Below, one piece after another: positions 47,601 through 57,249 of a stretch of 64,000 nucleotides of DNA. The notes beneath the pieces are model-generated. The model saw nothing but the letters and a program-made list of their open reading frames with translations. It made no database searches and was not told the DNA's origin. The number at the start of each line of letters is the position of its first letter. The stretch's first letter is position 1. This DNA is from an uncultured virus (IMG/VR IMGVR_UViG_3300042863_002994). Its lineage: Duplodnaviria; Heunggongvirae; Uroviricota; Caudoviricetes. The stretch lies in IMG/VR virus record IMGVR_UViG_3300042863_002994; one strand, given 5' to 3'. A program made the translations under genes and the position numbers.

Positions 47601-50465
47601 GTTTGATGTTTTTTTATAATATTCTCCAAAATGATAAACCCACTCATTTGTTAAATATCCAATATAGTTATTTGACCATAACATAAAATAAGTTGGATAG
47701 GTTATTGCATTCGGTGAGTTTTCTATAAATTCAAATGGTAATGTGAATGGATCTTGATTTGGATCAGAAACCGTTGCACCAGTTACAATTTCGAAAATCT
47801 GATCTTCATAAATAACAAGATCTCCAGGTGTATATGAACGGTCCCATTCCCATTTCTTTATAACTTTCCATTGCATTTTATTTCTCCATATTCCTTCTGT
47901 TACATCATTATTACCTAACCAAGGCTCATTCAAAATAACTCCATATCCTCCTAAATTCAGTAATCCAACTCCAATAACAGGTTGTAGAGATTGTTGATAA
48001 GTAAGATTATCATATGGATAGAATTGATCTAATTCAACAAGATCTCCTACTTGTACATTTGATGGTGTTGAGGAGAATCCACTTAAAAGTGATAAAGAAG
48101 AAAGATTGTATTTTTCGTCTATGAAATAGTCCCAATAGTATGGATTATATAATTGATTATCATCATATACCATAAAATCATTTGAAGAAAGTAAAACAGA
48201 GAATTTATAATCTTGGAAAAAATTAGAAGAAAATAAATTTATATTTTCAATATTTAAAGAATTTGATTTAATATTATCAACTTCAAATAATCTCCATTTC
48301 AATCCTCTAAAAACTGTTGTATTTGGAATAACCCTATCACCAGCTTCAAAATAAGAATACTTTTTCCTATTTTGTATCAATTCACCATCTAAGAATGAAG
48401 CTGTTTTTGAAAACAAAATATCAAAATAATCAAAATCATAAGAATAAGTAGTTCCTAATTGTGAAAAAGTTCCTAATTCCAAATACTTATCAAGTTCAAA
48501 ACGGAAAGAAGTATCTTGTACATTTAAATAGTTTTGTTCAACGTGTAATGAATGATAAAGGTGAGAAGTAGTTCCTGAATTTAAGGTATAAAAGTAATCT
48601 AAATTTCTAGATGGTCTATCTGGTATAATATTTCTTGTATCGCAAGTTAAATTCCACTCACCTTCTACATCGTTATTATTTAGCATATAAGGATAATCAT
48701 AAGCAGAAGTTGAATTTTGATATCCCCATCTACAATAGATAGGATTTTTTCTCCAAAGATCTGTTAGTTTGTTTCCTTCTACTCTGAATGTTTCTAAATT
48801 TGCAGTATAATCGGATGCAACTGGAACAAATTCTGTTTTTCCTTTGAAAATAAAATCGTCAAAATCCTGTGGTAATGATTTGCTTCTCAAATCTGTTAAA
48901 TACATTTTAGGTTCTTCTGTTCTTGTTAGATCATCTCTCTTCTCATATTCGTGTCTTGCAAATTCAGTATCTATTATATTTGTGTCAAAATCTTTTACAT
49001 CTGAGAATCTTAGTCTATAAATCTTCCAATTTTTTGGTAGATTTGTTTTTGAAATTAAAAGATTCCAAGAAAATGAATATCCTTCTTTTTCGGAATTTGT
49101 GAAATATGCAAAACTATTATCCTCAGAGAATTTAAATCCATAATCCGTATTAAGTTTCAATATATTATTTTCCTCTATGATATTGTGAAAAACTCCGTTT
49201 ATTTCTATAAGATTCACATCAGCAAAATCGAAATCATTTATTGTATATGGAGATCCTAATAAATTTACAATTTCATTTTGTGTATTTATATAACAAGTTC
49301 TGATATTCAGAAAAGATTCTTTATTACTAAGATCAATATCAGATACTATTTTATATTTAGTTATAATAGGATTTTTTATTTCCTCAATAGTTAATCTTTT
49401 ATATCTATCATCTTTTGATCTAACAACAGATCTTTGAGATTCTTCTTCAATTTTTATTACTTTATAGAAGTTGCCTAGATACTCAACCCACATATCAATA
49501 TCATCTCTCCATCCATCGATGAATGGTACATCAAATGAAAGTGATTTCAATATATTCCCACTTTCTATTATAACATCTACATACAATTTAGGCATTTTGT
49601 AAGGAGTAATAGAATCAATAATCTCAATATCATTCAAGTAGAAGCCAGAATATCTATTAATCGACCACTTTCTTAAAGTCTGTGGAGTAGCAGGTTCATC
49701 ATCAAATAAATAGTTGAAGTTTATGATATGTGGGAAAACAACCTTATTTATTTTATATCCATCTAAGAAAAATTTCTCAAAATCAAAAAGGGTATTTTCA
49801 TTTTCAAGATTCTCTTCAAGGTAAAATGGTTTTGAAGTATATCCACCACTATCATAATCGATTCCAATCCATCTCGTGAATTCAAGTTTTTTGAAATCTA
49901 CATCAAGTGGCGCAACTGGAAAACTTGAATTGCTGGTAAAATTGGTATCTATCCATTCGCCTAAGGTCGAATTTCTTGTTAGATCAAATATTTTAACTGT
50001 CTTGAATTTATTTAAAAATTCTGTTTTAAAGTTTTCCTTGGTCATTTTTATTAAACCAGGACCATCTACTCTGAATATTATAAAATATTTTGGTAGATGG
50101 TGTTTAAAAACATAAAGTGGTGCAAAATATTCATATTCTTCTTTATAATCTTTATTATTTGAAATATTTCTTGCTCCAGATAAATAGATATCATCATATT
50201 GATTTGCAAAATCCAATGACATATCAAAATTATCATTCTCATATTTAATTGAAAATGATATATCAACTGGAACATTTTTGAAAAGAAATGGTACCAGTTC
50301 ATCATAATAACTACTCTTATTGAATTGGATCTTCTTAAATCTATCCGCTGATAGTTCATCAACAGAATCGATCGTTTCTATAAATAGATTATATTCTGAA
50401 TCAATTACAACTTTAACGTTAGCGGAAAGTCCGGTATGTGTTCTTAATATTCCGAAACTTTCCAT
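44649..50465 (-). CDS. Giant virion (baseplate/tail-like) protein with CBM5/12-like repeats
   Basis: 1938 aa; W.....Y..G..V.Y repeats at about 47240-47860. Confidence 0.65.
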   Translation of the reverse strand: MESFGILRTHTGLSANVKVVIDSEYNLFIETIDSVDELSADRFKKIQFNKSSYYDELVPFLFKNVPVDISFSIKYENDNFDMSLDFANQYDDIYLSGARNISNNKDYKEEYEYFAPLYVFKHHLPKYFIIFRVDGPGLIKMTKENFKTEFLNKFKTVKIFDLTRNSTLGEWIDTNFTSNSSFPVAPLDVDFKKLEFTRWIGIDYDSGGYTSKPFYLEENLENENTLFDFEKFFLDGYKINKVVFPHIINFNYLFDDEPATPQTLRKWSINRYSGFYLNDIEIIDSITPYKMPKLYVDVIIESGNILKSLSFDVPFIDGWRDDIDMWVEYLGNFYKVIKIEEESQRSVVRSKDDRYKRLTIEEIKNPIITKYKIVSDIDLSNKESFLNIRTCYINTQNEIVNLLGSPYTINDFDFADVNLIEINGVFHNIIEENNILKLNTDYGFKFSEDNSFAYFTNSEKEGYSFSWNLLISKTNLPKNWKIYRLRFSDVKDFDTNIIDTEFARHEYEKRDDLTRTEEPKMYLTDLRSKSLPQDFDDFIFKGKTEFVPVASDYTANLETFRVEGNKLTDLWRKNPIYCRWGYQNSTSAYDYPYMLNNNDVEGEWNLTCDTRNIIPDRPSRNLDYFYTLNSGTTSHLYHSLHVEQNYLNVQDTSFRFELDKYLELGTFSQLGTTYSYDFDYFDILFSKTASFLDGELIQNRKKYSYFEAGDRVIPNTTVFRGLKWRLFEVDNIKSNSLNIENINLFSSNFFQDYKFSVLLSSNDFMVYDDNQLYNPYYWDYFIDEKYNLSSLSLLSGFSSTPSNVQVGDLVELDQFYPYDNLTYQQSLQPVIGVGLLNLGGYGVILNEPWLGNNDVTEGIWRNKMQWKVIKKWEWDRSYTPGDLVIYEDQIFEIVTGATVSDPNQDPFTLPFEFIENSPNAITYPTYFMLWSNNYIGYLTNEWVYHFGEYYKKTSNFTPPLVDFWNPTFGYTVSSPPVNYENRYFECIFPVTPGIRPQVNNRKSGSSSGDIFWREVPESSVTNKAWEKIELWDRNVSVYNTGEYVVYNNTLYQSLTQSSIDDIPGESEPVWSRVYSFVPDTDFKYSSLINPMIIMNDSFYYCQYNPGENNSDCKSLCFRGGVAYEVTSENIEGLIEEFPEGENWYLTNKNNQIVDLDIFNLYLNGAKKDHSEFELTWEYNKINKDCSSQFKTTLYSEAFNKEDFFLNVFPPKTAPDVCKGDLTLDNGITIYINKKWKNVLVNISINDNTIHSTNPKVLDETKNIERDELYVETNKRLTAANIIQQINDLDTLYGFADFTTYVVIEEDGTFKKYNFNNKINELPYMLIVEEPDEFDLRDDTLRYSLSTVDKNVLKSNRFLVNGNIDNLEKIDFYNELPLGTIIDNVKGEPGISINYNSQKDQISSKLHRHSGYYMPIFYEIELFNNAQLYDSDALCNIQLIVWLGTASFGTTQSITLSLSDSDNSVIKDVVLELPEDDGEPEVTDFYDQIITVIESEEIFSEVDFEFEILEPGNENIYPRMADGYWVLSMSYPKPCDIRISVIDESPCQSILEYFFSQYNYVADDILSAIDSEPFIIEKSTANLCCPYCGPQLLGFLQYTENGLGNETFKNLYDEYIGEDPLVCDVMKHAVATPSNDQFNLWFTGTVNNNAEFTTVIANLSGTPAQQADIFGIGQYGSPNLFTTFLNLVQQSDYPELLFKELLERGLVIECNQESYIVNRSPVPVIEDIPIEGICVQYILNSSGTSVINGYSTFYLQEDGSYEGSFNNIDYVIVYENGTWNVKQDETVVASSSLLTGTYKDGFIDSGYNESFVVSEGVCSETSPLFLQSLCMSITEIRRINPVLKINLIWTPNENAYIGYEQVEGFILRKYSIRLINGVWTIFSEDSSTTLPQFTGGTSETSISVMPELLPVPISSSWGVYTRVGGPYPRYYNINTSSSC

Positions 50466-53400
50466 TATTTAACTATTGTTGTGTAATTTTTTTGTTTTGC
50501 TGCAAAAGTTACCTTATTCCTATTCATATTAAACACAAGAGTAAAAACAAATGGTTTATTCTCTGATTCATTTTCTAAAAGGAATTTTAACTTTTTAATG
50601 TGCTTAACTGTTTGAGTAGATTTATTTAGATTAACATATTCATAATTTAATCCAGTTTGTGTATTATCCAGAGCATTCATTTTGAAATAGATGTTTATTG
50701 GAACTACCAATTCTCCGCCACCATCATATGTTTTTACTTTATCTTGATTTGTTTCAACAATATCATCTAATTCTCTTATTACTGGATGAATTGATGTTAG
50801 AAACTTCGTTGTTGATCCAACCGATACTACATCATCAATCCATTTATTATTATCAAGCAATGATGAATTTGATGAAACAAAATTAAGAGGTTGGTTCTCA
50901 GAGTATCCAAGATTATATTCATCAAGTGATAAAATATTTGTCAATGAATTTGAGTTATTAGAAACAAAAGAATTTCCTACATTTTCAGATAGTCTTGTAA
51001 CAACATTTGTTTGTGATGTAACTGCTTCATAATTAACTTGCCAAAGAAACTGGTTATTAACTTGTGTTTTGCTGACTCCAGAAACATCTGTGAATATAAG
51101 TTCATCTTGATTATTTGCCCAGAAAGTCTGTGGAACTCCAATATTATAAACATCAGGATTGTTGGCATATGTTCTACCAGAAAGTAATCCAAGTACAGAC
51201 TCGCTTGATTTATTTCGAATTCTCATAGCAAAATCTTTTATCACATAAATATTATTGGCATATACTCTACCAACCGGAACTCCTGTTCCAGAAAATGTTT
51301 CTAAAAATTCCTCACACTCTATATTGAATGTTGTTACAGAATTATTACCAATAATAAATTCTTGATTATTTCTTATTATAATAATCTCAAGTTCTCCTTT
51401 AGCTCTTTTTATTTTCTCTTCAAGTGATCTTATTCTACTTTCAAGAGATTGTAAGTATTCAAAAAGATCCAATGAAACTCCATTTGCATCTTTGAATCCT
51501 GAAAGAATACTATTTGAAGTGTGTAAATAAGTTTTATTATTTATTACAGTAGTTTCAGATAAGTGAGTATCTAAACCTCTGGCGGATAACTCATTTTCCA
51601 TTCTTACTCTTAGATCTTCTTTATCAGCTTCTTTAAGTATAAAATCATTATCATTTAAAACATCATTTAGATTATCCGGGAATTCAATAGTTAATATTTC
51701 AGACCAATCTGATTCAACAGGGGATTCTGGATATCCAACTTCTGATATGGATTTTATTTTTATTTCAACTCTTTCTCCGGTACTTATTGATATATCCAAT
51801 TGATTTATATTTGGAGTATCTGCATCAGATACATCTTCAATTTGCCAGAAATATTCACCAGTCGATTTATCAAAGAAACGTTTCCTAACATCAGTTTTAA
51901 ATTCATTCCAATTTGAAAAAGCCGCAGTTTTCTCTACATTATTCTCTGATATGTTGAATGATTCAACAGATGGTTCTTTGCCATCTTTTGATGTGTATCT
52001 ATATTGTACTCTGAATTGAATTACTTCTTGTGGAGTTGTGCCTCTTGTAACAACCGCTTCTGGTATATTCCAAAACCCTCTAAGTCGGAACTTTGGTTCT
52101 GCTTTTGTTTGGTTCTGTCTGGAAAGATCAATAATTTCTTGAACTGTTGATGAGTAGAGTTTTGATTTTGAAGATCTTTTTGTATTTAAAGATTCAATCT
52201 CTAATTCAAACTTCTTTCTTTCGGCAACAGATGTGAATTTTGTTACTTTAATTTTTTTATTTCTATCTTCAATTGCTTCTTGAATCTGTCTTATTTCATT
52301 CTTCAAAGTAACAGAATAATTATGTTTATTTTTTACAAGGTTTGCATCAGGAGAATCGGTCAAATGTCTATTTATCTGAACAACTTTAAAATTATCTGGA
52401 TTCAAACTAACCAAGTTTGGAGTACCAGCTAAAGAATTTGGTTTTTTCTTAGCAACAAGATCTTTTAAAACATCACCATAATCATATACTTGCTCGACAT
52501 AGAATTGTTCCATAGTCTGACCATTGGTATTGTCTGTTGATGAAACTATCAGATCGTTTGTGTAATATCCAGTTCCTCTTGACCAATCCCTTGAAACAAG
52601 ATTGTTATCCGCATTTACAGGTTTTACAAAAACAACATTTCTCTCATTATATCCTACTGATATTCTAAGTCTTTTAGTGTATATCACCGGTGAGTAAACC
52701 TTAAGGGTTCCTATTCCAACAGCAATAGGTTGAAGTCCCTCAACTCTTTCGAACCTTACACGAGGATTTGATTCTGATAAAGAAACTTCAATAACTTTAT
52801 ATCGGGTATTTGATATTTCCTGATTTATTATCAATTCACTACCAACGGATAGTTGTTTAACCTCAAGTGATTCATTTACAAGGTAATCCAATGTGTTCAA
52901 GTGATACCATAATTTTCTATTCAAAGTATCTTCTTCAATTCTTATCACATTGAAAACTCCATCATAGAGTAATGTATTTGGTTGAAGATCAAACATTTGT
53001 TCATCATATTTTGGATTTAAAGGTTCTACCAAACCAGGAGTTGTGTTATGCCAGTTTACAAATTCTTGTATGTCAATGTCTATTTTTTCTCTGAATAGTC
53101 TATTGAATGAGTCTAAAGCTGATTGTCCTAGCGGGGTCAAACTACCATCTGTATTTCTTGAAAAATCGACAATATATCTCCTTATTAAACATTTTCTAAC
53201 ATTATTCTCTATCTTGTCGGATAAATCAAATTCAATTTTTAGTATAGGATTGAGTAATCCATCAAAAAACCAATTTTTCTCTGTTTTAAATTGTCTAACT
53301 ACATTTAACTCTGTTATAGGATTAGGTTCTCTATTGAGATCAACTGTTATTATCTTTTTGAATTGATTCTGTGATGTTGTTTGTATAAGAGCTCCTGTGG

Positions 53401-53638
53401 TATCAATTGAATAAAGTGAATTTATAGAATTGTTCAACCTCTCGATTTCACTTTTAAGATAAGTGAATGATGGCAGTGAATAAGTATTCAAAACACCGTT
53501 TGAATCAAATATCCTTACCTCAACAGATGGATTTGTCGTAGTTGACAATGAGTTGATTTTTGATAATATTTCTACAATATTTGTATTAAAGGAAGCTACT
53601 TGCTCAGCTACTGATGCAAAGGATGATTGGATTGCCAT
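50465..53638 (-). CDS. Large virion structural protein with coiled coils
   Basis: 1057 aa, TAATATATA upstream, translationally coupled to the next gene. Confidence 0.6.
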   Translation of the reverse strand: MAIQSSFASVAEQVASFNTNIVEILSKINSLSTTTNPSVEVRIFDSNGVLNTYSLPSFTYLKSEIERLNNSINSLYSIDTTGALIQTTSQNQFKKIITVDLNREPNPITELNVVRQFKTEKNWFFDGLLNPILKIEFDLSDKIENNVRKCLIRRYIVDFSRNTDGSLTPLGQSALDSFNRLFREKIDIDIQEFVNWHNTTPGLVEPLNPKYDEQMFDLQPNTLLYDGVFNVIRIEEDTLNRKLWYHLNTLDYLVNESLEVKQLSVGSELIINQEISNTRYKVIEVSLSESNPRVRFERVEGLQPIAVGIGTLKVYSPVIYTKRLRISVGYNERNVVFVKPVNADNNLVSRDWSRGTGYYTNDLIVSSTDNTNGQTMEQFYVEQVYDYGDVLKDLVAKKKPNSLAGTPNLVSLNPDNFKVVQINRHLTDSPDANLVKNKHNYSVTLKNEIRQIQEAIEDRNKKIKVTKFTSVAERKKFELEIESLNTKRSSKSKLYSSTVQEIIDLSRQNQTKAEPKFRLRGFWNIPEAVVTRGTTPQEVIQFRVQYRYTSKDGKEPSVESFNISENNVEKTAAFSNWNEFKTDVRKRFFDKSTGEYFWQIEDVSDADTPNINQLDISISTGERVEIKIKSISEVGYPESPVESDWSEILTIEFPDNLNDVLNDNDFILKEADKEDLRVRMENELSARGLDTHLSETTVINNKTYLHTSNSILSGFKDANGVSLDLFEYLQSLESRIRSLEEKIKRAKGELEIIIIRNNQEFIIGNNSVTTFNIECEEFLETFSGTGVPVGRVYANNIYVIKDFAMRIRNKSSESVLGLLSGRTYANNPDVYNIGVPQTFWANNQDELIFTDVSGVSKTQVNNQFLWQVNYEAVTSQTNVVTRLSENVGNSFVSNNSNSLTNILSLDEYNLGYSENQPLNFVSSNSSLLDNNKWIDDVVSVGSTTKFLTSIHPVIRELDDIVETNQDKVKTYDGGGELVVPINIYFKMNALDNTQTGLNYEYVNLNKSTQTVKHIKKLKFLLENESENKPFVFTLVFNMNRNKVTFAAKQKNYTTIVK

Positions 53639-53706
53639 ATATTAAAAATAAATTTTTATTTATATATTAATAAACGTGGTTTCGTTATTTTTTTTATATT
53701 TGCATA

Positions 53707-54078
53707 ATGAACATATTTGAGAAATCTGAATGGAGATTATCCAAAACAAGGAATAGAGGTTTTAAAATTGATAAAAAATTTCATAGAACTATATTTAAGT
53801 TCTATCATTTTTCAATTTCTGAAGAAATAATAATATGTCAATATCCAGATAGTAGTGAGCCAGTTCTTTACTATTGTAGATTTTTTTCAATTGAAGAAGA
53901 AGAATTTTTTAATCCTATTATTTATAGGATTATATACAGGATTTCAACAAAATTTATATTTAAATCGCCCAATGCAGAACCAGCAAAGTCCTCGAAATTT
54001 ATTTATAAATATAGATTTTTAAGAGAATTTATTCCGGATATTAAGAGAAATGATATATTAGAAGAATTGGGGATATGA
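53707..54078 (+). CDS. Hypothetical protein with C-terminal KRNDILEELGI
   Basis: ORF plus motif, TATATTTG upstream. Confidence 0.65.
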   Translation: MNIFEKSEWRLSKTRNRGFKIDKKFHRTIFKFYHFSISEEIIICQYPDSSEPVLYYCRFFSIEEEEFFNPIIYRIIYRISTKFIFKSPNAEPAKSSKFIYKYRFLREFIPDIKRNDILEELGI

Positions 54079-54207
54079 ATATTTTAAAAAATTATATCAT
54101 AAAGGATCATGGTTTTTCATGAAAATGTTTCTATGTTGAGAAAAGATACTTTGAGATATTATTTTCCACTTTTGGAACATAATATATAAAAGAAAAAATA
54201 AATTACT

Positions 54208-54621
54208 ATGAAATACCTTAAAAAATTTGAGAATTTTAACTCTGATGAAGAGTATGATAATGAAGAGTATGATAATGGAGAAGAAGATGTCTTTAGTGAC
54301 ATGGATGGAACTTGTGAACCATGTGATTCTGATGAGGATGAGGATGAAGAAGAATACATTGAGCTTCCAGAAGAACCAATGTATGGATCGATAACATTAG
54401 AGAAGAAAAAATCTACTTATAAAAAATCCGGACTAAAGAATCCAGAAAAAGCAGATCTTGATAAAGATAAGAAAATTTCTCCGTATGAAAAGAAAAGAGG
54501 AAAAGCAATTCAAGATTCTATGGAAGATCAAGAAGAAGAAAAGGGTAAAGGACTTACTGCAAAACAAAAGAAACTTCCAGAAGGATTGAGAAAAGCTATT
54601 GAGAAAAGAATGAAAAAGTGA
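54208..54621 (+). CDS. Acidic/basic bipartite protein with MKYLKKFENF leader
   Basis: D/E-rich first half, K-rich second half. Confidence 0.75.
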   Translation: MKYLKKFENFNSDEEYDNEEYDNGEEDVFSDMDGTCEPCDSDEDEDEEEYIELPEEPMYGSITLEKKKSTYKKSGLKNPEKADLDKDKKISPYEKKRGKAIQDSMEDQEEEKGKGLTAKQKKLPEGLRKAIEKRMKK

Positions 54622-55409
54622 TGAGAATTAAAAGGTTTATAGAATCCTTAGAAAATGATGAAATAAAAATAAAAAACTATCTTATAGATTTTGAAGATAG
54701 AACAGACTTTGAATTTGAAATTTCAGTTTCAAATAATTTTATAAATATTAAAGGATCTACAGATAAATTACAAGTTGAAAAAATTGTATTTATGAATGAG
54801 ATTATCAATTTACTATCTTTGATAAAAAATCTTGGATATAAAAATTTAGATCGATTTAATGTTATATCTTTATTGCCTGGTAAATGTCAAGTGCAACTTC
54901 AGTTTGTTGATGAATTGGAACAGGAAATAAAAGTTCCAGATATTAACTCATTTATAGAATTTAAATCATTTATAGAAACAACTTTGGCATTAAAATTTAT
55001 GGAATGGGATAGCGAATTATACATACCAAATAATTCACCAGATAGAGATTTAATGATTGAATTTGCTGATGGACATTTTATAATATCGGGACCTCCTTAT
55101 AGTATAAATTGGAATATTTTTAAACCAGAATTTAAAAAATTCTTGGAACCTCTTATAATCAAAGATAAAGAGCGTCTAGCACATACATATTATGATATAG
55201 ATGGTAGTATGTATAAACACATGCCCTCCTGGGCCGCAGTTAAAGATGATGATGGTAAAGAAGTATCAAAAGAAGAAATAAAACTTTTACAAAAATCCTA
55301 TAAAGAAAAGCTTTTCAAATTTGATAAAAGTGGTGCAAAGATTATTGTTAAAATATATGAATTTTTAAAAGATAAAAGTTTTGACGATACATTGTATCTT
55401 TCTAATTAA
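54618..55409 (+). CDS. Hypothetical protein with MRIKRFIES leader
   Basis: ORF plus leader. Confidence 0.7.
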   Translation: MMRIKRFIESLENDEIKIKNYLIDFEDRTDFEFEISVSNNFINIKGSTDKLQVEKIVFMNEIINLLSLIKNLGYKNLDRFNVISLLPGKCQVQLQFVDELEQEIKVPDINSFIEFKSFIETTLALKFMEWDSELYIPNNSPDRDLMIEFADGHFIISGPPYSINWNIFKPEFKKFLEPLIIKDKERLAHTYYDIDGSMYKHMPSWAAVKDDDGKEVSKEEIKLLQKSYKEKLFKFDKSGAKIIVKIYEFLKDKSFDDTLYLSN

Positions 55410-57066
55410 CTTTTGCATTAACTTTTTTAATTGATTCATGAAACCATTTCGGAAAAAGATGTGATGAATATTTTAAAAGATCAGCAAAAGATCCATCTAT
55501 AATAATAGTATCACCCCAATCAGAATTTGATCTTATTATTCTTCCAGTCATTTGACATATCTCTGATATGGTTCTATAATTATACCAATCTGAATTCATT
55601 TTTTGTCTTAATTTATTTTTCTGGGAAGCAAGAGAAGGATAAGGAACTTTTGCAATTATTTGAAACCTTGCAAAGTCATCATCCAATGAAACTCCGGTAC
55701 TCATAGAAGGTGATACTATGACACTTGATTGTTTAGTATCAAAATGTGCTTTTAGAACTTCATCTTTATTTGATGAGTCGTGATAAACAAGTCTTGAATT
55801 TTTGACATCTCTAGATATCCAACTAGCCAATTCAAATGAATTTGTATGTATAAGTCCTTTTTTATCTGAGTATTTATTAAGTATTTTATTTATAAAAGGT
55901 ATATAATTCCTAAATGTTTCTTCTTTGTTCTTAAATGACATCTTTCCAAGTGGCATATAATAAATAGGTCGATTTTTAACATCAAATGGTGAATCGATTG
56001 AATAATAAACTGTTTTATCTATATCCAATCCATTTAGTTGGCAAAATAGATTCTTGTCCAATATTGTTCCAGACATTAAGAAAACCATATCATAATTTGA
56101 GAAAATGTATTTATCGAGGTAATCTGATGCCCATATAGGCTCTAATGAAAGCTCTTTTTGTTTTGTCTTTTCATTCCAACTCGATTCAAGTACCCAGTTA
56201 TCTGGATTTGATTTATGTTCTTTTAAGAAGACCTCTATTTTTGATTGATATTTTTTAAGATCAGATATGATTGTCATTAATTTTGAATCTGCATTTTTCT
56301 GATTCAGAATTTTAGATATTTTGTTATCTCTTTTGTCATTTTTAACATTTCTATCGAATGACATAGAACGATCTATCTCTCCTATTGTTTCTGCGCATTT
56401 TCTTTCAAGTTCCTCAAGAAAAGAAACATACTCTGAAATTGTTTTAACTTTTTTAAGATCCGATATTATTCCTTTTTCATCCGAGAATTTAAGTCTTTTT
56501 ACAATGTTTTCAGTTATTTTTATAGATATGAAATCGGACATGACATCATCAAGTATATGAGCTTCGTCAACTATAAGAACTTTAGATCCGCGCATCTTCA
56601 AAAGTTCTGGCATATAAAGAGTATATAGTATATAAAGATAAAAGTTAGTAAGTGATATATTACCATTAATAAAAGATTCTTTAGCACCTGAATATGGACA
56701 TGATTCACATTTAGTTTTATTCAATTTATTGAATTCCTGTCCTTCTGAACAAGAGCAGCTATATTGAGAACACTCATAATTTTCCTTACCCTTTAGATCA
56801 TTTATAGAATTGTATGTATTTACATATTGATCCTGAAGTATTTTTGAATTGGTTATTATATCAACTCTTGAACCTTTGGATACATTTTTCTTATACCAAT
56901 CTGCTATCATAAGAGCAAGGTGACTTTTTCCAACTCCGGTTGGAAGATTAAGTAAGAATATTTTTGATTCTTTATTTTTATTCCATTCTTCATTAATGAA
57001 TTTTATACAATCTTCTTGTTCTTTTCTAGGAAAATATTTGTCAAGATCTTTTTTAAGTGAGCTCAT
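55402..57066 (-). CDS. DinG/XPD-like SF2 helicase
   Basis: PTGVGKS, LKGKENY.C, Cys cluster, DEAH, SGT, GVSL, Q.TGRIIR. Confidence 0.9.
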   Translation of the reverse strand: MSSLKKDLDKYFPRKEQEDCIKFINEEWNKNKESKIFLLNLPTGVGKSHLALMIADWYKKNVSKGSRVDIITNSKILQDQYVNTYNSINDLKGKENYECSQYSCSCSEGQEFNKLNKTKCESCPYSGAKESFINGNISLTNFYLYILYTLYMPELLKMRGSKVLIVDEAHILDDVMSDFISIKITENIVKRLKFSDEKGIISDLKKVKTISEYVSFLEELERKCAETIGEIDRSMSFDRNVKNDKRDNKISKILNQKNADSKLMTIISDLKKYQSKIEVFLKEHKSNPDNWVLESSWNEKTKQKELSLEPIWASDYLDKYIFSNYDMVFLMSGTILDKNLFCQLNGLDIDKTVYYSIDSPFDVKNRPIYYMPLGKMSFKNKEETFRNYIPFINKILNKYSDKKGLIHTNSFELASWISRDVKNSRLVYHDSSNKDEVLKAHFDTKQSSVIVSPSMSTGVSLDDDFARFQIIAKVPYPSLASQKNKLRQKMNSDWYNYRTISEICQMTGRIIRSNSDWGDTIIIDGSFADLLKYSSHLFPKWFHESIKKVNAKVN

Positions 57067-57249
57067 ATTATTTATATGAAAAATGAAAATATAGTTTAAT
57101 ACATATTTATGAAAAAATCCAAAGCAGGTTATAATAATTTATAACTTTATACTTTTTTCAAAGCATCTTAAATAAGTTGGTGAGTTAGATTTGTCATTGA
57201 CAAAATAAAAATGAGGAAGGATATAGAATTCATTTTTAATATATAAAGA

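Noticed and set aside
54076..54211. Short ORF with in-frame TGA (MNILKNYIIKDHGFS*KCFYVEKR..)
   Set aside because: A single case; could be a decayed gene or chance, and is not evidence for recoding
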